Origin: a virus
Lineage: Duplodnaviria; Heunggongvirae; Uroviricota; Caudoviricetes
Strand: one strand, 5' to 3'
DNA: 64,000 bases
IMG/VR virus record: IMGVR_UViG_3300012983_000002
How positions within the stretch are numbered: position 1 is the first letter of the stretch; every line of letters starts with the position of its first letter. Positions 9,152 through 19,074 of this stretch are shown in pieces. The notes under the pieces are model-generated. The model was not told where the DNA came from and made no database searches. It was given only the letters and a program-made list of their open reading frames with translations. Position numbers and translations under genes: made by a program.

Positions 9152-10615
9152 TTAACCGATGTAGGGAGCCATGCGAGACAGCCGAGACAGTTCGTTAATC
9201 TCCGCAGCGTCCAGATCCTCATCCTTCATAAGGGCCAGGTTAAGTGCATTCATGCGATCTTCCTGTTCCTTGGTGCGACGGGGCTTTTCGTCTCCGGCAG
9301 GGGGCATGATAGGAGCTGCCTTAGCAGGGGCTGGAGCCGGCGCAGGAGCTGGCATAGGAGCCGGTGCAGGTGCGGGAGCTACTTTATACCACGGGAACGA
9401 TGCCGCAGAAGCCCAGCTGCTGCCGTTATAAACTGGCAGGTCAGGATCCTGCAAAGCATTGATCTGCGAGATCGTCATTTTCTCTGTAGCGCCGTTGATG
9501 GTTACGTACAGAGACTCCTCGACCTTAGCAGGTGCCGGTGCAGGAGCTGGCATAGGAGCTGGTGCAGGAGCCGGATTAGTACCCATTGCAGCAACATGGT
9601 CAGAGTGGGACGGAGTGCTATCAGTTACCGCGCCAGAATCTCGACGTACGTGAGCCTTCTCACCGCACACCGTGGCGATGAGCTCGAACGGGACCAGGTT
9701 ATCCTGGATCAGCATATCTACTATTTCCTGATAAGACGGGATATAGATGATATTGTCCAGGTCCGTAAGGTCATAGCGACCTTCAAGGAACTGCGGATCG
9801 ATCTGCGTACGTTTGCAGTTAAGTACTCGCTGCATACCGTTTAGACGAACCTGCCCAAAAGACAGACAAGCATAATCCATACCATTATCCAGCTTACCCT
9901 GCGCTACAGAGAACTTAATAGCGTTATTGGGATTAGTGATATCACCGTAACAGAAGATATCTGCCCACTGGTCGCCAGAGGTATTTTCCATACCGTTGGG
10001 AGTAGGAGTATTGAGATCTGCAAACATACGATCAGTAGCTGCAGACTTCAGAATCAGAATACGGTTAGCCTCACCCTGTACGGGGTCCTTATCATACGTA
10101 GCAGGACATACCACGTTAAGAAGGGTCAGCTGAGTTACCTTCGGGAGACCGTGAGGATCTCCGAACTTCTCCGGACGATTGAGCAGATAATCATAAGTGG
10201 TATCGCCAGCGTTATGAAGCTTCCAACAATAATCACGAATATCCTGGATAGGATCAGCGCAACCTACGGACTTCGGAGAGAAGAAATTCATCTTACCGTT
10301 ACCGTAATAGTTATATCCGCTGAGAGTCATGAACCAATCAGAGAAATAAGGACAGCCAGTTTCCGGATCGGTCATATTGGGGACACGATAAGGGCTGTAA
10401 CCGCTCTTATAGGCCGTGTCCATCTTGTCCATAGAAGAGTCGAATGCAGGAAGGATGCATCCCTCCAGACGAGTCTTCTTGTTAATAAATACTGCGCTAA
10501 TCTTTGCATCCTGGTGGAACATGTACAGCTTTTTAGCATTATTGTTACTATCCTTAGTTTCGTTGAGCTTGTTGTAACCTGCAGTACCACCGACGAGTTT
10601 GAATCCGTTAGACAT
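9152..10615 (-). CDS. replication-associated protein with Pro/Ala linkers and a GYF_2-like domain (possible SSB)
   Basis: Two PAPAPAPMPAPAPAPAK repeats flank LYVTINGATEKMTISQINAL...PVYNGSSWASAASFPW; lies between polymerase and recA; SSB role inferred from position only. Confidence 0.45.
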   Translation of the reverse strand: MSNGFKLVGGTAGYNKLNETKDSNNNAKKLYMFHQDAKISAVFINKKTRLEGCILPAFDSSMDKMDTAYKSGYSPYRVPNMTDPETGCPYFSDWFMTLSGYNYYGNGKMNFFSPKSVGCADPIQDIRDYCWKLHNAGDTTYDYLLNRPEKFGDPHGLPKVTQLTLLNVVCPATYDKDPVQGEANRILILKSAATDRMFADLNTPTPNGMENTSGDQWADIFCYGDITNPNNAIKFSVAQGKLDNGMDYACLSFGQVRLNGMQRVLNCKRTQIDPQFLEGRYDLTDLDNIIYIPSYQEIVDMLIQDNLVPFELIATVCGEKAHVRRDSGAVTDSTPSHSDHVAAMGTNPAPAPAPMPAPAPAPAKVEESLYVTINGATEKMTISQINALQDPDLPVYNGSSWASAASFPWYKVAPAPAPAPMPAPAPAPAPAKAAPIMPPAGDEKPRRTKEQEDRMNALNLALMKDEDLDAAEINELSRLSRMAPYIG

Positions 10616-10669
10616 AATTTTTTATTTATTAATGCGTTAGATGTTTTTGATTTGTATTACTTCAATTTA

Positions 10670-11080
10670 TTATTCGCAACTGTATCCGTAATCTTTAACG
10701 GATGCAGCAGGATTATTTTTATAAAATTCTATGGTCTGGTCAAGCCATGTCTCGATAGTTTTCAGAGACTCTGGAGTGGCCATCCATTCTTCGTTATGTA
10801 ACTTTTCTGCAAATACTTTATCAGGCTTAGTAGACCAACCTGCATTTAACTCAGCATCAATGGGATATCGCAAAATACGACCATGATATTCCCACCCGTT
10901 TGCCAGGTACATATACAGCTGTAAGGCCTTTAGCCAAATGAACCTTTCATAGCACGGACAGTGTACTACGCAGGAGTCATATAGACATACCGACAGGTCG
11001 CCCATAAGTCCTACTTTTCGCTTGAAATCAATGAGCCACTTACACGCTCTTGCAGCAGAGGCTCCCACTGATTCCTGCAT
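10670..11080 (-). CDS. polA: family A DNA polymerase, exon 3
   Basis: MQESVGAS continues NFP of exon 2 (NAP-IQGTAAD motif); motif C LYDSCVV. Confidence 0.9.
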   Translation of the reverse strand: MQESVGASAARACKWLIDFKRKVGLMGDLSVCLYDSCVVHCPCYERFIWLKALQLYMYLANGWEYHGRILRYPIDAELNAGWSTKPDKVFAEKLHNEEWMATPESLKTIETWLDQTIEFYKNNPAASVKDYGYSCE

Positions 11081-11103
11081 CAATTATGTTATCACAACCT
11101 TGT

Positions 11104-11805
11104 TTATAAGTTGTATCTACTGATTATACGTCTAGCGTAATTTTGAAGAAATTCTGTAAATTGATCTGAAGATTTGTCTAATTTAAGAGTGTTACAATCT
11201 TTGCAACATAGACAAATGTTTTCTTTTGTATGCGTACCTCCAGAGCCCAGAGCTGTTTTGTGGTCCACGCTAAGATTATCTTTGGTGATTTGTACGCCAC
11301 AATAACAACACTCGCCGTTTTGAGTGTTAAATAATTCAACTAAATCATTTGGACCGCATATCCACGGTAGAGATTTTACCGGGACACTGGATGTAGGTAC
11401 TCCCAACTTGCGTGCTATTCTATTGCGTACTGTGTTATTTGCAGCATAAGCCCTGGCTCTCCACCATTCAGGTGACATTCCTTCTGCTCTCTTTTCTTTG
11501 CTTAAGTACGCTTTAGTAAGACATGCATCGCATATTTTATTTAACTCGTTGGTTACAGAATTTTTTCTAATAGAGTATGCTGAGTAGTATTTTAGTTTTT
11601 TACACTTAGAGCATCTCTTCATACCTTTTTCAGGATCGTCTTGTAGTAGAGCTTTTTTCTTCTCTCGAGATTTTCTCATCTCTTCTCGTTTAAATGCTCT
11701 ATGACATTCTTCGCAACGGTAAAATGGGCGCTTTGCGTTACGCTGGGGTTTTACCGGTTTTGTTTTGCAATCCTTACAAAGTTTTTCAGCACTATTCGTA
11801 TCCAT
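11104..11805 (-). CDS. intron-encoded HNH homing endonuclease
   Basis: CCYCG...VDHKTALGSGGTHTKENICLCCKDCN plus N-terminal CxxC pairs; lies after the S element (P9 region). Confidence 0.9.
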   Translation of the reverse strand: MDTNSAEKLCKDCKTKPVKPQRNAKRPFYRCEECHRAFKREEMRKSREKKKALLQDDPEKGMKRCSKCKKLKYYSAYSIRKNSVTNELNKICDACLTKAYLSKEKRAEGMSPEWWRARAYAANNTVRNRIARKLGVPTSSVPVKSLPWICGPNDLVELFNTQNGECCYCGVQITKDNLSVDHKTALGSGGTHTKENICLCCKDCNTLKLDKSSDQFTEFLQNYARRIISRYNL

Positions 11806-11960
11806 ACCTTCAGTAGTTCAGACTATATCATCATCAGTTATTATTTACTGAGCTGGGCGCTCGTGGAGGCATCATAACCTTCGCCGTTACGCGTTAAGGC
11901 GTTCCTCTAGTCGTTGCACCTTCTAAATATTTCTATTTAGCTTGGCTCAGGGTTACCTTT

Positions 11961-11989
11961 ATTATACCCTACAATATATTGAATGTAAA
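11961..11989 (-). promoter_or_regulatory. sigma70-type promoter inside intron 2
   Basis: TTTACA-N17-TATAAT, about 155 nt upstream of the HNH ATG. Confidence 0.6.
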
Positions 11990-12060
11990 TTATAGATTGT
12001 AGGGGATGTGTATGGTAGGCTTTCCCCGAATTCACCCAGTTTTACTTCCCCTAGCAGTTA

Positions 12061-12957
12061 AGGGAAATTTCGACACTCTCGTCCTAATGCTGTAAGCTGT
12101 CCTTCTCTAGTTCTAAAGGACAATCCCTTAATCCCGGCTGATAGTGTATGACAATGACGTAGACGTCCACTTGCAGCTCGTATGTAACCTTTCTCTGTAG
12201 GAACAGATTCCAGCTCCTTAAAGAATTGAGTTGCTCGCGGCTGTCTTCTTTCGATTGCGTCAAGCATTGCCTGTACATCATCTATTTCCGGTTTATTACC
12301 TGTATCAGCTTCGATCTTACGCTGAAGCGATGCGGCCTGACCTCCGTATGACGACGAGAAATTTACTACCTTGCCTGCTCCTCGATCCTTCTTCTTATCT
12401 AGTTCTTCGCGTACTTGCCCTCGGGCTAACTCCAAAACTCCCCAATGCATGTCGAATTTTGGAGATTTAATTTTACCGTTCTCGTCGCGAAGTAACTGAT
12501 CTTCAGTGAACCTGGCTTTAATAGCACCTCCAGATGTAAACGTCATTAGATACTTATCCCTATCCTCCGGATACTTAATGTACTCCGGGAATTTTATTCT
12601 TACGACGCAATCTTCGGCATCTACACCATCAGGTATACACTCAGGTTTCACAAGCGCAAAGCAATCGTCTGGTTCTTCGATTAGCTTAATAAGTTCTGCG
12701 TCACCAGAGATATACGCAAGACCTCGCATTTCTGCTGTCTGATAGTCCGCCTCCACAATACACCATCCAGGTTTAGCCATCATTACGGATCTGATGGTAG
12801 GGAAGGCTTTTGCCTTGGTGTCGGCAAATTTCTTAAACTTATCAGGTAACTGTCCAGCTTCGTTACGTTCCTTAATAATTCGTACCATGCCGGCTCCCAA
12901 ACGCGCATGTACCCAAGAGGGCCAATTCAGAACGTTCGGGTTCCAGCTCCTTATTCT
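12061..12957 (-). CDS. polA: family A DNA polymerase, exon 2
   Basis: RIRSWNPNVLNWP (GRLSSxxPNLQNIP), motif A EADYQTAEMR, motif B GKVVNFSSSYG, GRLRH. Confidence 0.93.
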
Positions 12958-14303
12958 CTTGATATTCAATGAGTTACGTTACTAACTCACCCGTTCTTTG
13001 ATGAACCGCTGCAGGTTATGTATTCCCTGCAGAGTAGACTATATCTTTACCCTCGACTTTACGTTAGGGTACCTCCCGTTTCGCCTGACTCCAGGCTACG
13101 TCCTTGCGGACTAGTCGTTGAACGTTCCTGCTCCGTAGAACAGGCTTCGCTGCTGATCAAGATCGGAAGTAATTCCGAACCGTCCCAGCAATTAAAGAGG
13201 TTTTCAGTGCCAGTTTCCTGGCATTGTGGCAGAATTTTGCATAGTAATTGTTTTGTTTGTTTAGCGTAATTTTTAAGTACGTTATACCTTATACGCAGTA
13301 AATTAATATTGTTGTCTCTTGCATATATATTCTTTTTAAAGTCGTAATTTTCGAGAAGTTCTGTATGCAAAGAATTATCGAGCTGACAGTGTTGCTCACC
13401 GTCGGCTTCCACTAGAAGATTATAAGATGGAAGATAGAAATCAAATCTAAGAGGAGCTTTGTTACCTATCAAACCTTCGAAGGTTTTTTGTGTTATAATT
13501 TCCGCCTCAGGGGCAATTTCTCGCAGCGTATTGTATATAAATAACTCAAAGGCGCTTGCTAAGTATGGTTGCCAATCAGTTATGTTTATACCAGCTATTT
13601 TAGCAGCATCTAAAACAGAAATTCCTCGCGCTGTTAAAACTTTTCTTGTTACTCCAAGATCTTTACACAAGAGCTCTAGTGAAGGAGGTAATGAGCCGTC
13701 CTTGAGACATTCTATTAATTTACCTTTAAGATATTCGTCTGAATATTTTATGCCTTTACCACTATTTTGTACGTATAAAGATTGACAGTGCCGAGAGCAT
13801 GTTTTGCATTTTGTATTTTTTCTTTTAGGAAGAAATTCTTTTCCGCATACGATACAGGTACTCTGAATACGTCCAGAAATAGATTTACAAGTGTCGCATA
13901 GTATCTGACTTCTATAAGTAGCCTTGAAGATTTTTCCGCACAATTGACATTTTTGATTTTCTAACAGCGAGTTAATTCGTCTCGCATGTCTGCAATTTGT
14001 GCATATTTTTTCTCCGTATAAAGATTTAAATTCATTTCCACAAATGGTGCATTTTATAGTAGGCGCTTTTGCTGCTACCCATTTATTTCTGCAACGTCTG
14101 CAATAAATCGTATCGGGAGACCCAAAAAATGTTGCACCGCAATGTTCGCATACACGTTCGCAAGAAGCGTTAGTATTTTTTCTACAATGCACGCACAAGT
14201 CTAAATCTTTTCGGCTTTTAAATACTTTGCCACATATTTTGCATATTTTTTCAGTCATACTTAAATGTTACTTTATTCAACAAAACAATACAATACCGAG
14301 TTT
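12958..14303 (-). mobile_element. group I intron 1 in DNA polymerase (1346 nt)
   Basis: Exon 1 ends ACTGGT; IGS AUUCU-GCCA pairs 3' exon AGAAU and 5' exon UGGU; TTAATTGCTGGGA, ATCAGCAGCGAAGC, CGTTCAACGACTAG, GATATAGTCTAC; terminal G at 12958; splicing restores TETG-RIRSWNPN. Confidence 0.93.
13059..14258 (-). CDS. intron-encoded homing endonuclease: five Zn-ribbon units plus Vsr-like/EDxHD (DUF559-type) nuclease
   Basis: Five CxxC...CxxC units; LRFDFYLPSYNLLVEADGEQH; C-terminus reads through the ribozyme core. Confidence 0.85.
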   Translation of the reverse strand: MTEKICKICGKVFKSRKDLDLCVHCRKNTNASCERVCEHCGATFFGSPDTIYCRRCRNKWVAAKAPTIKCTICGNEFKSLYGEKICTNCRHARRINSLLENQKCQLCGKIFKATYRSQILCDTCKSISGRIQSTCIVCGKEFLPKRKNTKCKTCSRHCQSLYVQNSGKGIKYSDEYLKGKLIECLKDGSLPPSLELLCKDLGVTRKVLTARGISVLDAAKIAGINITDWQPYLASAFELFIYNTLREIAPEAEIITQKTFEGLIGNKAPLRFDFYLPSYNLLVEADGEQHCQLDNSLHTELLENYDFKKNIYARDNNINLLRIRYNVLKNYAKQTKQLLCKILPQCQETGTENLFNCWDGSELLPILISSEACSTEQERSTTSPQGRSLESGETGGTLT

Positions 14304-16307
14304 ACCAGTTTCTGTTGTTGAATTATTAAGATGCACGCATCCATCAGATGCTACCCAGTAGTGTAGACCATTCTCCTTAATTACTTCGCCTGTCTCCTCG
14401 TCTATATCTGCTGATTTAAGGAAGGCCTTACAAATATTACCAACAGCATTAAGCTCCAGGAGTTTATCAATAACCTTATCCTTGTTTCGAGCAGCCAGTA
14501 CCTCGAGCGTGCCTTTATCAGATGCCGGAGTAAATGTCTTCTGCTTGTCGGGAGGATATGTGAGTACTTTATCCCAGCTTACAGAGGGCATACCTGCATC
14601 CTTGTTAGCAGTAGACTTAATCGGAGTGTATCCTTTCACTTCAAATAACCAGCGCTGCATCTGAGGTTTAGATCGGATGTTGAACGTAGGGGCTATAAGG
14701 AAATGATCGAATACAGGTTCCAGTTTAGCTATCTTTGCAGGACCTACTGTCGCTCTGAACAGCTTACCGGCTTCATCTGACTTACCTTCGCCGCACAGAC
14801 GTATGATTTCGTCATATAACCTAGTACCATCCTCTACGCCTAGAGATTTCATCAGATGCCTGCATAGAAGCGTATCAGCCTCGTGAGCAACTGCGATCTG
14901 GAAATCCTTCTGCAGCTCGTCCCTTGCCCAGGTGTACAGCTCGCGCATCTCATCCATCTTCTTTGTATCGATAGGGAGACCTGTCAGACAGAATGCCACA
15001 AATACGTCAGTTACCAGAGGATTAAGAATCTCGTTATAGTAAGTCACAAGATCCTGTTTCTTTAGCATATCCTCAATTACCAGATAAGCTCGTAATGTGG
15101 CATCAACGTCAGCTGCAGCGTACGGTAATAGAATATCATCAGGAATGAAACCGTAGCCGTCTTCGCATATCTTAGAATTACTCTTCTTCCATCTGATTAA
15201 GTCCCAGTCATATTTTCCTAGATCGGTATACTTAAGAGCTAGTGCATCCAAACCTAGGTCAGCAGCTTCGTCACAAGCCTGAAGAGCGAACTCTGTATCG
15301 AACTTAGCTTTTTCGTACCACTCCAGCCCAAGCCAATAATGCATCCACGGTAAGTCAGCTGATATATGATGACCTATATACTTAACCTGGGGCTGGTCCA
15401 GCCACTCCGACAATATAGCACCGGCTTCCTTATACGGAATATCAAACTCATATTCGAGTTTATCATTCATGAAGCGAATAGTAGCAGCTTCTCCAGGAGC
15501 CCAGCATATCTGGAAAGTTCTCAGCTTTCCGTCTACGTGATGAGGGCCATGCCATTCGCAGTCAACAGATAACTCTGTATGATTATTATCTTTTAGGAAG
15601 TTTACTAGCTGGCTTAGCTCTTCTGAATTCCTAATTACTTGATAGTCTGTCTTGAACGGCAGGGAGGCTAAACCTTCCATTGAGTTAAGCATTTTCTTAA
15701 CTGCTGCAAAGTCTGTGATAAACCTCTCATGCTTCTCAGGATTAAGAGTAAGAATCATTGTGGGCATGTAATACATACGAGCGTTAAATCTCTTCTCGTA
15801 AAACCACGCACCCATAATCTCGGATTCTCTAGCTCTGAACGACTTTCCGTTTTCTCCTGTAAGGGTTACTAGTGTATCGAACACCTGCTTGCCCATACAG
15901 ATAATGATCTTTGGCTTTATCTCTGCAATATCTGCTTCCAGGAGCGGCAGACATTGCTGAAGCATGCTCTGTTTGGGCTTAGTTCTATACTTCTTTTCAG
16001 GAAGGTATCGCACGATAGGTACAACGAAGCATTTTTCAAGATCTATACCCTCGCGTATAGCCAGGTCCTTAAGAACTACACCTTGCGGGCAGTCCAGCAT
16101 TCGAGGAGTTCGCTTGATATATTTCTCGTATCCCACCTGTACCTCTTCAGCAGCTTCCTCCTCCGACACAACACTAGTGACAATCATCACGTCAACGTCA
16201 TGCCTTGGACCGGCGCCTGCCAGCCAAGTCAATCCGCCTATCTTAGTGTTGCGTCTTATTATCTGAGGAAGTTCTGCCGTAGATAAATCTACAACTTCTT
16301 CACTCAT
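14304..16307 (-). CDS. polA: family A DNA polymerase, exon 1 (UDG-like domain plus 3'-5' exonuclease)
   Basis: QCLPLLEADIAEIKPKIIICMGK (UDG fold, SPO1-type fusion); ExoI SVDCEW, ExoII GHHISADL, ExoIII YAAADVDAT; ends NNSTTETG; spliced product 1103 aa. Confidence 0.92.
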
Positions 16308-16728
16308 CTTCAGACAGGTAAGCTAACAGTCGGGCTTTATGTTCTGCTGCAGTTTCTCCGGGAAGCCTATCTAACGTAAGAGTCGTTGCTTTCTTCTTTT
16401 CCTTGGATATTACCTCCTCCACATAATCTGCAGCACCGTCCAGAATAAGCGCCTTTATGAGAGTCTCTTTAATAACTACATATTCTTCTGTGTCTGTGGG
16501 ACCGTTCTTGTTACAGAATACGCCCATTGTCTCAGCAATCTCGCGCGTGATTTTAGCCTCATCTCGCCAGGTTTGAAGCATGTTCTTCTTTCCTGCCGCG
16601 TTCAGCCTAGCTGCTTGCTTACCTAACTCTGTGGCGACATCCAGCGCTACTTTCATCTCTTCTTCCGTGAACTTAACGTCGTCCAGCTTCAGACGATCTG
16701 CCTCATTAAAAAATAACTGCTTCTTCAT
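16300..16728 (-). CDS. hypothetical protein
   Basis: 142 aa ORF coupled to the polymerase start. Confidence 0.7.
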   Translation of the reverse strand: MKKQLFFNEADRLKLDDVKFTEEEMKVALDVATELGKQAARLNAAGKKNMLQTWRDEAKITREIAETMGVFCNKNGPTDTEEYVVIKETLIKALILDGAADYVEEVISKEKKKATTLTLDRLPGETAAEHKARLLAYLSEDE

Positions 16729-18012
16729 TTACTTTAAATTTTCTGTGTAGGGTTTTAATAACATTTCTACTTCTTCGTAGGACAAATCACCGACATCCTT
16801 TACATGGTCGGGAACTTTAATATCAACAATATCTATATTGGGTAACTTTGATTGGATCTTAGCAAAACACTGCTTGCCTGCAACGTCGTTATCCATCATG
16901 GTAAATACTTTAGAGAAATTCTTCCGTATAGCCTCTGCCTGGAAGTCAGACATAGACTTGCCAAGAAGGGCTATACCAGGCGGACCTATCTTACCGGCAT
17001 CCAGAGGACCTTCCACCAGAACACAATATCGCATGTTAAATGGCTTATCCTTCTGAGACTCTACAGCTGCATCAAATCCCATAAGGAGTTTGTTACGCTC
17101 GCATCCTGTAGCATTCATGTATTTGTGCGGCGCAAAGCCTTTAGGGAATCGTGTATCTGCAGGATACTTCTCGTACATCGTACCATCAGGTTGTCTACGT
17201 TCTATAAGCTCCCATTGCTGATTGTGCGACCAGAATAAATGATTATCTCCAGCCCAGATATCTATGTACCTGGACTGATAACCCCATCTTACCCCATCCA
17301 TACGCACAGAGAATATGATGCGGCCCTGAGGTGTATTCTTCATACCTCCAGGCAACCTACTGTAGTATCTACCTTCGCCACGACTTTCTGGCTTCTCTTT
17401 AGTGCAGTAGCACGCTTCAAATTGCTTCTCTAACTTAGCAGGATCGAAACCTCGTTGTGTTAGATATGTTATTGCTGGATGATTATCCGGAAGCGATGTG
17501 AGTGGCACCGTCTCGGATACCCATTCGGGAACAAGATTGCCAAATTCGTCTCGTACTAATAGACGCTTATTGGCGCCCACCACAACTTTGCCAGCAGATA
17601 CATTTTTAAATAGGCTGCTTCTAGCCTGAAGTGTAGGCATGTGTAGAAGATCCTCTACCCGATAAGTTTTGCCAGTTTTCATAGACACAGCACAAGGAAC
17701 CTCCTTATCCTGCGCATGATACTTTGCATACATTTCTTTATTCTCTCTAGTGGGGAATTCGTCTACATCATATCTACCTATGCCGAAGTATTTTTCAGCA
17801 TTGATAGCTAGGTGTCTAGACTGCAACTCCTTTGGACCAGAAACTATAAGTTCTTCAGGATCAGCTAGATGAATATGTATACCAGAAGCTTCATCAGCTA
17901 TTGTAACTGTACCATGTCTTGCGGCAAGACGTTCCGCCAATCTCATTATTACTTTAGGCACTCTGGAACTCGATATAGAGCCAGAGGTTAAAACTTCTTC
18001 TTCGTCGAACAT
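16729..18012 (-). CDS. dnaG: DNA primase (TOPRIM)
   Basis: AITYLTQRGFD, GRIIFSV, CVLVEGPLDA, MMDNDVAG, KDVGDL. Confidence 0.85.
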   Translation of the reverse strand: MFDEEEVLTSGSISSSRVPKVIMRLAERLAARHGTVTIADEASGIHIHLADPEELIVSGPKELQSRHLAINAEKYFGIGRYDVDEFPTRENKEMYAKYHAQDKEVPCAVSMKTGKTYRVEDLLHMPTLQARSSLFKNVSAGKVVVGANKRLLVRDEFGNLVPEWVSETVPLTSLPDNHPAITYLTQRGFDPAKLEKQFEACYCTKEKPESRGEGRYYSRLPGGMKNTPQGRIIFSVRMDGVRWGYQSRYIDIWAGDNHLFWSHNQQWELIERRQPDGTMYEKYPADTRFPKGFAPHKYMNATGCERNKLLMGFDAAVESQKDKPFNMRYCVLVEGPLDAGKIGPPGIALLGKSMSDFQAEAIRKNFSKVFTMMDNDVAGKQCFAKIQSKLPNIDIVDIKVPDHVKDVGDLSYEEVEMLLKPYTENLK

Positions 18013-18014
18013 TG

Positions 18015-18827
18015 TTATATGTTTAGAAATTCGCCACGTTTCATGTTGTCTAGGAGGCGAGAAATACTATCTTGATACTCTGTAGCCATAGCATTTATAT
18101 CAGCATGTGTGAATCCGAGTATATCGGCCAGCTCGTCGTACCTGTCGGTAAATTTGCAGGATATACGAGACAGCATACTTCTTATGTAATGATGCTGAAT
18201 AAATGCTTTTTGAATGACTGCAGCATTGCGATCCCGGTACAATTCAAAATCTAGATTGTTGTGCAGATCGTGCTCTATCAATGCTATACATACGATAGCG
18301 GGGTTAACTCTGGAAGCTTCCCCGCTTGCGATTAGTTGGCGTGCTGTATTAACTTTTACGTCTTTTATCCATAGCCTATCTCTCACCACATAATTTTTAT
18401 TGTAGTCAGATTCACCCATGGACATCAGGCGTTTGTGGTACAGCATGTTTCTGAACTCAAGATAGCTTGTCATAGGAGATGATATAGATATTTTGTTTTT
18501 TACTATACCATCTATGACTGCGAACGGATCCTTGGCTATTTTCTTAAATAGTTTTGGTGCGAGAATATACAGATAATAGAGTGCTAAAATTATTTCTACG
18601 AAATTGTTAACTTTAAAATACAGTCTACCAACACCCGTAACCTTTTTATTTCTCTCGTATCCTAGGCGCTTAAGAAATGGGCTTATTACACTTTTACTTA
18701 CAATAAAGTTACCTACCAATACCGCCGTTGTGCTCGGGATCGTCTCCCGCACAACGACACGATTCTTCTTTAGCAGAGCGTTTACCTCTGCCTTTAGAAG
18801 TCTTTGCTTTTGTTGTGCGGGATTCAT
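18015..18827 (-). CDS. hypothetical protein
   Basis: 270 aa ORF in the replication operon. Confidence 0.7.
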   Translation of the reverse strand: MNPAQQKQRLLKAEVNALLKKNRVVVRETIPSTTAVLVGNFIVSKSVISPFLKRLGYERNKKVTGVGRLYFKVNNFVEIILALYYLYILAPKLFKKIAKDPFAVIDGIVKNKISISSPMTSYLEFRNMLYHKRLMSMGESDYNKNYVVRDRLWIKDVKVNTARQLIASGEASRVNPAIVCIALIEHDLHNNLDFELYRDRNAAVIQKAFIQHHYIRSMLSRISCKFTDRYDELADILGFTHADINAMATEYQDSISRLLDNMKRGEFLNI

Positions 18828-19074
18828 ACACGCATTTATATAGGTTTATCTTATTGCCCGAAATTGGAGCGACAGCAGACCTACTTACGACCAAATTTAA
18901 TTTAATCATATTTTTAAGTTCGGCTCGCACTGTGCGCTCTGATAATCCAGACGATAATACGATATCGCAAATTTTCCAATTAAAATTCGGACCTTTTGTT
19001 CGCATGCATAAGTTAATTTTTAGGGCACTTGGAGATATCCCACTGCTTAGCAACGACTTAGGAAACCAAATCAT
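18709..19074 (-). CDS. putative winged-HTH protein
   Basis: ICDIVLSSGLSERTVRAELKNMIKLNLV; start overlaps the DnaB stop, 3' end overlaps the next gene by about 120 nt. Confidence 0.5.
   Translation of the reverse strand: MIWFPKSLLSSGISPSALKINLCMRTKGPNFNWKICDIVLSSGLSERTVRAELKNMIKLNLVVSRSAVAPISGNKINLYKCVYESRTTKAKTSKGRGKRSAKEESCRCAGDDPEHNGGIGR

Larger units (their letters stand above)
11081..12060 (-). mobile_element. group I intron 2 in DNA polymerase (980 nt)
   Basis: 5' exon ends UUCCCU and pairs with IGS GGGGAA; CUGC pairs with 3' exon GCAG (P10); core elements CTGGGTGAATTCGGGGAA, CTGAGCCAAGC, GCAACGACTAG, GATATAGTCTG; terminal G at 11081. Confidence 0.93.

Noticed and set aside
9300-9580. 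GC-rich tandem repeats as a non-coding array
   Set aside because: They are the in-frame Pro/Ala linker codons of ORF 9152..10615.
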